Shown here one piece after another: positions 1 to 4,004 of a stretch of 4,004 nucleotides of DNA (position 1 is its first letter; each line of letters begins with the position of its first letter). Origin of the DNA: a virus. Taxonomy: Duplodnaviria > Heunggongvirae > Uroviricota > Caudoviricetes. The translations under genes were made by a program, and so were the position numbers. Location: IMG/VR virus record IMGVR_UViG_2802429253_000007. The stretch is one strand, 5' to 3'. Under the pieces are notes generated by a model. It searched no databases, was not told the DNA's origin, and worked only from the letters and a program-made list of their open reading frames with translations.

Positions 1-27
1 CCCACAGAATGGGCCAGTTGGCTCTGA

Positions 28-255
28 TCATTTCCCAGGACACGTTTTCCTCCTGCGTTCCCGCATCTGCTGACAGTCAATACAGGTCACCACATCCGGC
101 AGCGCCGCAAGGCGCTGTGCCGGAATAACGTTCCCGCAGTCATTGCAGAAGCCCCGGCTGTGGGGCGCTTCTTTTGTCCGTGTCTGCCAGGCTTTAACGA
201 CGCTCTGACGCTCGTTCAGAACCACTTCACTGATGCGATCGATTTCGTCGGTCAT
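28..255 (-). CDS. DksA/TraR-family C4-type zinc-finger protein (75 aa)
   Basis: Translation contains C-x2-C-x17-C-x2-C (CNDC...17 aa...CIDC), the spacing typical of DksA/TraR zinc fingers; size fits phage/plasmid TraR-like proteins. ATG at 255-253 overlaps the upstream stop (ATGA), and a G-rich stretch (GCGGGG) lies about 5 nt upstream. Confidence 0.8.
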   Translation of the reverse strand: MTDEIDRISEVVLNERQSVVKAWQTRTKEAPHSRGFCNDCGNVIPAQRLAALPDVVTCIDCQQMRERRRKTCPGK

Positions 256-860
256 TTCGGCCCCGCAGACATTTTGTGACGGCTTGATTTGCTGTAACGG
301 GCAAAGCCGTCAAGGGTTCTTACACCGAGATAGCCCAGCGCCGGGGTAAGCAACATCAGCGTGATATCCCAGTCCGGTGATGGCATATGCAGCGTGATAC
401 CTCTGGCACCGGCAATGGCTCCGGCAATCTGGCCGCAGGAGAGCAACAGCACATAGGCCAGACTGCTGTAACAGGAAAGGCGGGCCAGCAGCGGGCGTGT
501 CTGGCGCACATAGCTGTCCGTGGCGTTGTCACCATTGCGGATGGTTTCCTGCTGTTCGTGGTGTGCGGCCTGCTGGTCAGCCAGCACCAGCTTCTGCCGT
601 TCCACCTCCAGCTGTTGCAGCTGAATTTTCAGGGTTTCCAGTTGCACCAGTTGCTCCGGTGACAGCATCACCAGTTTTTGTTCCAGAATGCGTTGCTGTT
701 CAGCAACGGGAAGGCTTTCCCGGACGCTTTCCACCATACCGGCCACCGAGTCAGCGGCGGCAGATGTACTGCCACCAAACCAGCGCCCGACGGAACGAAT
801 CAGCCCCGGCCCGGCTTTCAGCAGAACAGAGGCGATGCCTGAAAGGGTTAACGGATCCAT
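252..860 (-). CDS. Hypothetical protein, 202 aa: soluble N-terminal region with Gln/Leu-rich coiled-coil-like segment and two predicted C-terminal transmembrane helices; possible lysis-module accessory protein
   Basis: ATG at 860 preceded by AGAGGG about 4-5 nt upstream; overlaps the 3' end of the upstream gene by 13 nt. Central heptad-like region (EQQRILEQKLVMLSPEQLVQLETLKIQLQQLEVERQKL); C-terminal hydrophobic stretches (LAYVLLLSCGQIAGAIAGA and ITLMLLTPALGYLGV) followed by a basic tail. Function not recognised. Confidence 0.6.
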   Translation of the reverse strand: MDPLTLSGIASVLLKAGPGLIRSVGRWFGGSTSAAADSVAGMVESVRESLPVAEQQRILEQKLVMLSPEQLVQLETLKIQLQQLEVERQKLVLADQQAAHHEQQETIRNGDNATDSYVRQTRPLLARLSCYSSLAYVLLLSCGQIAGAIAGARGITLHMPSPDWDITLMLLTPALGYLGVRTLDGFARYSKSSRHKMSAGPK

Positions 861-1258
861 GAATCCCTCTTATGAAAACGGCGCTGATGTTTATAAAGTG
901 CCGCGCAAAAAATACCGCCCAGCCAGAACGCCAGCTGATAAGGCTCCTTCAGATAAAGAATGCCGAATGTCAGCATGAAAAAACCAACGGCCCAGACCAC
1001 CCATGACCACACGACAATTCGAAGGGAGGCGGCCCGGAAACGCCTTTTGGGCTGCAGGCGATAAGGTACGTTGCCCAGCTGGAAACTGTGAATCAGGCAG
1101 AGTGTCGCGCCGTATGCCAGCACCATGACCGCAAACGCCCGCCATCCGGCAAAACAGCTCGCCAGAAAAAGTACTGCCGACAGTCCCAGAAACGACCACT
1201 GGCACAACATAAAGCGGGAGTAAATAACGCGAACAAAAAGACTATTCATTCTGTGCAT
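848..1258 (-). CDS. Hypothetical integral membrane protein, 136 aa, about four predicted TM helices (holin-like or immunity-like candidate)
   Basis: Start placed at internal ATG 1258 (MHRMNS...) because AAGGA lies about 8 nt upstream; the longer track ORF (to 1429) has an Arg/Pro/Thr/Trp-rich junk-like N-terminal translation. Four hydrophobic segments separated by basic loops (QPKRRFRAAS; C-terminal KHQRRFHKRDSWIR). Confidence 0.55.
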   Translation of the reverse strand: MHRMNSLFVRVIYSRFMLCQWSFLGLSAVLFLASCFAGWRAFAVMVLAYGATLCLIHSFQLGNVPYRLQPKRRFRAASLRIVVWSWVVWAVGFFMLTFGILYLKEPYQLAFWLGGIFCAALYKHQRRFHKRDSWIR

Positions 1259-1469
1259 TGAGTTTTTCCTTGTACTTCTGGCACTGCCAGAAAATGTCCC
1301 GTGTATCCACGGAGTTCCAGCCACGCATGTAGTAGCTGGCGTGTGTGCCGTCATGGCCGGTATAGTCCAGCGGTTTCGGGGGCGGACCTCCGGCCATGCG
1401 GTGTAAAACCTCCTGACGCAGGCGGTCACGCCGCCCGGCTTTCAGTGAGGCATCCCAGCCTTTGCCCAT
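1242..1469 (-). CDS. Hypothetical small basic soluble protein (75 aa)
   Basis: ATG at 1469 lies 1 nt after the lysozyme stop (TGAtATG), with a G-rich stretch just upstream. Translation is hydrophilic and protein-like with no hydrophobic segment, whereas the overlapping alternative frames look like junk. No family recognised. Confidence 0.5.
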   Translation of the reverse strand: MGKGWDASLKAGRRDRLRQEVLHRMAGGPPPKPLDYTGHDGTHASYYMRGWNSVDTRDIFWQCQKYKEKLNAQNE

Positions 1470-1470
1470 A

Positions 1471-2067
1471 TCACCCCCGCGTGGCGGACATGATGCCCAA
1501 AGGGGTATCGATGATTTCCAGACAGGCGTCGGTCAGCTTTTCCATGCGGTTAAACCAGCCGTTCAGGTATTTGCCCTGGGCGGGTTTTGATTTGATGATG
1601 TCGGCATAAAAGCGGGAACGACGGACAATACAGCGGGCCAGCAACCAGTCCGGGGTGGACAGGCTCACGGCCTTACGGGTACGCGGGCCGATGATGCCGT
1701 CAGCATCCACATCCGCGGCTTCCTGCAAAATTCTGATGGCTTTTTTAACGCCATGCTGAACCGCCGCATCGAACACAAACATCGCCACGCCATCAGGCCA
1801 CTGGTCACATCCGGCAGGCAGCCAGTAATCGCGCCAGTAAATCTGCGCAACCTGTTCGCGGGTTAAGTCCCTGATGCGGGTATCCGGTTTGCCGTCGCCG
1901 TTGACATCGGTTTTGCCGTCAATCACACCGTCGCGGCGGTCAGAAATGCCGTATTTGGTTTCGCCGCCACGGTCAGTGGGGTCATTGACATAAACGCCTT
2001 CGATATCAGGACGCAGAATAAAATTCAGCGCATGTTCAAAGGCCGGGGAGAATTTTTGATTTTCCAT
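1471..2067 (-). CDS. Glycoside hydrolase family 108 lysozyme (endolysin candidate) with C-terminal peptidoglycan-binding (PG_binding_3-like) domain, 198 aa
   Basis: N-terminal motif EGVYVNDPTDRGGETKYGI matches the conserved GH108 catalytic signature; C-terminal DADGIIGPRTRKAV resembles the PG_binding_3 motif. AGGTG lies 5 nt upstream of ATG 2067. There is no N-terminal hydrophobic/SAR segment, so it is presumably cytoplasmic and holin-dependent. Confidence 0.9.
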   Translation of the reverse strand: MENQKFSPAFEHALNFILRPDIEGVYVNDPTDRGGETKYGISDRRDGVIDGKTDVNGDGKPDTRIRDLTREQVAQIYWRDYWLPAGCDQWPDGVAMFVFDAAVQHGVKKAIRILQEAADVDADGIIGPRTRKAVSLSTPDWLLARCIVRRSRFYADIIKSKPAQGKYLNGWFNRMEKLTDACLEIIDTPLGIMSATRG

Positions 2068-2079
2068 AAAAGCACCTGT

Positions 2080-2106
2080 GAAGCAGAGTTAAACGTGGTC
2101 TGCTTC
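2080..2106. promoter_or_regulatory. Perfect 8-bp inverted repeat GAAGCAGA-N11-TCTGCTTC immediately upstream of the lysozyme RBS (candidate operator or 5'-UTR hairpin)
   Basis: Read directly from the sequence: 2080-2087 GAAGCAGA and 2099-2106 TCTGCTTC are exact reverse complements. It sits between the mor terminator and the lysozyme SD. Function is inferred only. Confidence 0.3.
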
Positions 2107-2120
2107 ATGGTGCCGGAGGC

Positions 2121-2146
2121 ATAAAAAAAGCCGGATTTACCGGCTT
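2121..2146 (-). terminator. Rho-independent terminator downstream of mor
   Basis: On the minus strand: stem AAGCCGG / loop TAAAT / stem CCGGCTT followed by TTTTTAT, starting 6 nt after the mor stop codon. The stem is short (5 GC pairs plus 2 AU pairs) but the U-tract is clear. Confidence 0.6.
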
Positions 2147-2152
2147 CATTGA

Positions 2153-2602
2153 TTAAGGGCGTCGTGGCGGACGACGAACGGGATGAGGCAGGTTCGGGGA
2201 GGGGTAAAACAAATCCGGCTGGTATTTATTGCGCTCCAGACGTCGCATCCGTTTGATGGCCTTGTAGACGGTTTTATACGTCACTCCGTAACGCTGAACC
2301 AGTTCAGGAATATTATGGCCGTTAAAATCACGCCAGATACGCATATCCCGGACAAGATTCTCCAGAATATTCCCCCTCGGAACATAAACCTGCATCCCGC
2401 CGATATGGCGACAAATCGCCACAACCAGCTCAAGGGAATGAGCAGGGTCTGCGCCAATCCGGGCCAGCTCTTTACGCAGCAGTGCGTTCAGTTCAGAAAG
2501 TAACGCCGGATAAGCGGTGTTTTCCTGGTAATCATGAAGATATTCCAGAACGCTGTCGTCCCGGAGGTCTTCGAATAAATCCTGCTCTTTCATCTGTTTC
2601 AT
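2153..2602 (-). CDS. mor: Mor (middle operon regulator) / Mor-C family transcription activator, 149 aa
   Basis: Translation closely resembles phage Mu Mor as I recall it (DLFEDLRDD..., PALLSELNALLRKELARIGADPAHSLELVVAICRHIGG.QVYVPRG, RDFNGHNIPELVQRYGVTYKTVYKAIKRMRR). ATG at 2602-2600 overlaps the gemA stop (ATGA), the same gemA-mor arrangement as in Mu. It carries a C-terminal Pro/Arg-rich extension. Confidence 0.88.
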   Translation of the reverse strand: MKQMKEQDLFEDLRDDSVLEYLHDYQENTAYPALLSELNALLRKELARIGADPAHSLELVVAICRHIGGMQVYVPRGNILENLVRDMRIWRDFNGHNIPELVQRYGVTYKTVYKAIKRMRRLERNKYQPDLFYPSPNLPHPVRRPPRRP

Positions 2603-3150
2603 ACAGCAATTCTCCCGCTGTTTCGTGCGCGGGCATATGCACTGGTCAGTGCATCATAGCCGCGCAGCTCCCGCCCGGTTTCGCTCACAGGTAAAGGCAC
2701 ACCATGTCGGGCAAAGGCTTCCCGGATGCAGCGCATGTGCCACTGTTTGAGCGTTTCGAGCACAACATGCAACGATTCCCCGTGACACCATGCCAGCGTG
2801 GAAACACCCTGACCGCCATTACGTCTGGCCGTCAGGCGTTCAACGTATTTGTCCAGCGCGGCGTCGCTGATATCGGAGACGAAACCATCAAGAAACATCT
2901 GCTGCCAGATTTTATAAATCTTCTCGCGCGGTGTGACATGCCCCTTAAAGCGACGGCGGGGATGTTTTTTCTGCTTCTTAAAACCGCGCTCTTTCATGGC
3001 ATCGAGCACCTGTTCCAGTTGTGCAACGGACAGCTCGCGGCAACTGGTCTTGCCTGTGCACTGCACCAGAAAGGCGCGGTAAGTGTCATCGTCGAGTTGT
3101 AGATCACGACGGGCGACATGAATTAATTTAATCAGGGATGTGCGATTCAT
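2599..3150 (-). CDS. gemA: GemA / Mu gp16-like protein (DUF1018 family), 183 aa
   Basis: Start placed at ATG 3150 (MNRTSLIK...) because GGAGG lies 7 nt upstream; the track ORF begins 18 codons earlier without an SD. Motif LIKLIHVARRDLQLDDDTYRAFLVQCTGKTSCRELS is characteristic of the Mu gp16/GemA family, and the gene is immediately upstream of and overlapping mor. Confidence 0.85.
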   Translation of the reverse strand: MNRTSLIKLIHVARRDLQLDDDTYRAFLVQCTGKTSCRELSVAQLEQVLDAMKERGFKKQKKHPRRRFKGHVTPREKIYKIWQQMFLDGFVSDISDAALDKYVERLTARRNGGQGVSTLAWCHGESLHVVLETLKQWHMRCIREAFARHGVPLPVSETGRELRGYDALTSAYARARNSGRIAV

Positions 3151-3164
3151 TATCGTACCTCCAG

Positions 3165-3191
3165 AAAAGGGGGCGGTGCGGCAACACCGCC
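3165..3191 (-). terminator. GC-rich hairpin plus short T-tract just upstream of the gemA RBS (weak intrinsic terminator or attenuator candidate, or mRNA structural element)
   Basis: Minus strand reads GGCGGTG-TTGCCG-CACCGCC (7-bp stem, 6-nt loop) followed by CCCTTTTCT, then the GGAGG SD of gemA. The 3-nt spacer and only four T residues make it suboptimal as a terminator. Confidence 0.3.
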
Positions 3192-3223
3192 AGAATTCAC
3201 TCACTAAACAGAGGAAACTTTTT

Positions 3224-3490
3224 ATGAAAAACAGTGAACAGCCTTATGATGTTGCAGGGTATGTCATTGCCTCAAGGTTGCTGATACTCCTTGTCAGAAA
3301 GGGGCTAATTACCGCAGAGGAAGGCAAAACGATCCTCGAAGCCGCAGCAAGCGGAGCGGCAGAGGCTCCGGCATTGAGAACAACGAATAATCCCATCCTG
3401 CAAATATCACAGCTAATCACTGATACCATCAGTTTGTTAGACCAAGATTCTGATGAATATCAAAAGCCTCAGCCATCTGAGCATCCGTAA
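3224..3490 (+). CDS. Candidate small protein (88 aa) encoded opposite to the surrounding operon; hypothetical
   Basis: ATG 3224 preceded by AGAGGAAA (SD with about 8-9 nt spacing, AT-rich spacer). Product is hydrophilic and helix-like (MKNSEQPYDVAGYVIASRLLILLVRKGLITAEEGKTILEAAASGAAEA...). Against it: the 3' end overlaps the minus-strand 104-aa gene by about 60 nt, it contains several rare codons, and a competing minus-strand ORF covers the same DNA. Confidence 0.35.
   Translation: MKNSEQPYDVAGYVIASRLLILLVRKGLITAEEGKTILEAAASGAAEAPALRTTNNPILQISQLITDTISLLDQDSDEYQKPQPSEHP
3244..3429 (-). CDS. Alternative candidate small ORF (61 aa), mutually exclusive with the plus-strand ORF at 3224-3490
   Basis: ATG at 3429-3427 overlaps the stop of the upstream 104-aa gene (TGATG), an arrangement typical of translational coupling. 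No SD; product is Ser/Ala/Val/Leu-rich with almost no charged residues, which could be a small membrane peptide or an antisense shadow. Confidence 0.2.
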   Translation of the reverse strand: MVSVISCDICRMGLFVVLNAGASAAPLAAASRIVLPSSAVISPFLTRSISNLEAMTYPATS

Positions 3491-3743
3491 GAATATCTTT
3501 ATTTGATAGTCCCAGCCTGCGACGAATGTATTCCTCGCGGGCTGCTTCATTTTGTAGCGCCACGGCAGTTTCCACCTGGTTCATTTCACGGTTAATAATG
3601 CTCCGGACTTCTCTGGCGGTGAGGTCATGCTCAATACCATATTTAACGATATCGTGCATACGTTCCAGCATCCTTAAATTAGCCATGACGCCATCAATAT
3701 CAACTGGTGTGAATTTCATTTCTTTTTTCTCTGGTTTATTCAT
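3429..3743 (-). CDS. Hypothetical protein, 104 aa (Mu-like early-region protein of unknown function)
   Basis: ATG at 3743 with GAGGT about 8 nt upstream. Hydrophilic, charged, helix-like translation (MNKPEKKEMKFTPVDIDGVMANLRMLERMHDIVKYG...). Start overlaps the stop of the upstream ORF by 8 nt. No family recognised. Confidence 0.7.
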   Translation of the reverse strand: MNKPEKKEMKFTPVDIDGVMANLRMLERMHDIVKYGIEHDLTAREVRSIINREMNQVETAVALQNEAAREEYIRRRLGLSNKDILTDAQMAEAFDIHQNLGLTN

Positions 3744-3918
3744 TTCGTAATACCTCTTCGCAATAAAAGATTTTACCGGGATAACGTTTTTGTATGCGCT
3801 CCATCACCTGCATACATGCCTGTTCTGTGGGCCAGATTTTTTCTGTTACCGGGATAGCATCACAGGCATCATTCCCGCAGGTGCCAACCAGCAGGACAAA
3901 GCCAATTGACTTAATCAC
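3736..3918 (-). CDS. Small Cys-containing protein (about 60 aa) with N-terminal hydrophobic segment (possible secreted or membrane-anchored peptide)
   Basis: Preferred start is GTG 3918 with GGAGA 7 nt upstream (product MIKSIGFVLLVGTCGNDACDAIPV...). The track ORF starts at TTG 3972 with no SD. The hydrophobic stretch after a basic N-terminus is signal-peptide-like, but the lipobox is non-canonical (VGTC), so lipoprotein status is not supported. Confidence 0.45.
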   Translation of the reverse strand: MIKSIGFVLLVGTCGNDACDAIPVTEKIWPTEQACMQVMERIQKRYPGKIFYCEEVLRNE

Positions 3919-4004
3919 CGCTCGTCTCCATCTGTTCCAGACGCTGTGCTTCGCGCATACACAGCTGCGCAATCATCATCTGGCGGGTAATGCCTGCACG
4001 AATA
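3911..4004 (-). CDS. 3' end of an upstream gene running off the right edge of the window (partial)
   Basis: Open minus-strand frame from the window edge to TAA at 3913-3911, giving ...IRAGITRQMMIAQLCMREAQRLEQMETSGD*. It contains the SD for the next gene and overlaps its GTG start by 8 nt. Only 31 codons are visible, so the frame assignment is tentative. Confidence 0.3.
   Translation of the reverse strand, partial: IRAGITRQMMIAQLCMREAQRLEQMETSGD

Larger units (their letters stand above)
1..4004 (-). mobile_element. Internal segment of a Mu-like transposable prophage (end of early operon gemA-mor running into the lysis/late module); element ends are not in the window
   Basis: Synteny gemA -> mor -> terminator -> lysozyme on one strand, with overlapping start/stop codons, matches the Mu family early-to-late junction. 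No transposase or attachment ends are visible, so extent is unknown. Confidence 0.7.

Noticed and set aside
387-978. Plus-strand ORFs 387-662, 497-862 and 688-978
   Set aside because: They lie antisense to the 202-aa and four-TM genes; translations are Pro/Ala/Arg/Gln-rich and low-complexity, with no SD. Typical shadow frames of GC-rich coding DNA.
848-1429. Long version of the membrane-protein ORF (193 aa, start at 1429) and overlapping minus ORF 891-1205
   Set aside because: The extra N-terminal 57 residues and the 891-1205 frame read as Arg/Pro/Thr/Trp/Gly-rich junk and overlap the better-supported 75-aa gene; the internal ATG at 1258 has a proper AAGGA SD.
1301-1850. Plus ORF 1301-1609 and minus ORF 1665-1850
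   Set aside because: Alternative frames over the 75-aa gene and the GH108 lysozyme; junk-like composition, no RBS, incompatible with the strongly supported lysozyme frame.
2058-2108. 28-codon mini-ORF starting at ATG 2108 (minus strand) overlapping the lysozyme start
   Set aside because: Preceded by CCTCC (anti-SD-like) rather than an SD, and too short and out of frame to support as a gene; only noted as a possible upstream-ORF curiosity.
2121-2146. Reading the mor terminator hairpin as a plus-strand or bidirectional terminator
   Set aside because: On the plus strand the stem is followed by CATTGATT rather than a T-tract, and no plus-strand gene precedes it.
2183-3102. Plus-strand ORFs 2183-2503, 2482-2694 and 2704-3102
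   Set aside because: Antisense to mor and gemA, whose identities are supported by family motifs; no SD and non-protein-like composition.
3526-3750. Plus-strand ORF 3526-3750 (74 aa)
   Set aside because: Antisense to the 104-aa gene; Ser/Ile/Leu-rich low-complexity translation and no SD.
3918-3972. Twin-arginine (Tat) signal on the TTG-start version of the right-hand small protein
   Set aside because: It depends on a TTG start with no SD, and the RRAVIK match to the Tat consensus is loose; the GTG 3918 start with an SD is better supported, so the Tat call is not made.
1-4004. CRISPR arrays, tRNA or rRNA genes, IS or transposon terminal repeats, integrase or attachment sites
   Set aside because: No spaced direct-repeat arrays, no cloverleaf-compatible conserved tRNA motifs, and no transposase-like ORF or terminal inverted repeats were seen; the window appears to be entirely internal to the prophage.

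Overview
This window looks like an internal segment of a Mu-like (transposable-phage family) prophage from an enterobacterial host; every credible gene is on the minus strand. No searches or computations were run, so all calls rest on motifs recognised by eye in the translations and on start/stop/RBS geometry. In transcription order (high to low coordinates): a partial ORF at the right edge; a small Cys-containing protein with an N-terminal hydrophobic segment; a 104-aa hypothetical protein; an AT-richer stretch of about 280 bp with competing small ORFs on both strands; the Mu early-operon pair gemA (gp16/DUF1018-like) and mor (Mor/C-family activator) joined by an ATGA overlap; an intrinsic terminator; a GH108-family lysozyme with a peptidoglycan-binding C-terminal domain; three tightly coupled genes of unknown function (75-aa soluble basic protein, 136-aa four-TM protein, 202-aa coiled-coil protein with C-terminal TM hairpin); and a DksA/TraR-type C4 zinc-finger protein. 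gemA, mor, the lysozyme and the TraR-like protein are the confident calls; the rest is structural inference. The best candidates for something undescribed are the three unassigned genes after the lysozyme and the ambiguous strand-switched ORF upstream of gemA. No rRNA, tRNA, CRISPR array or transposon/IS end was seen.
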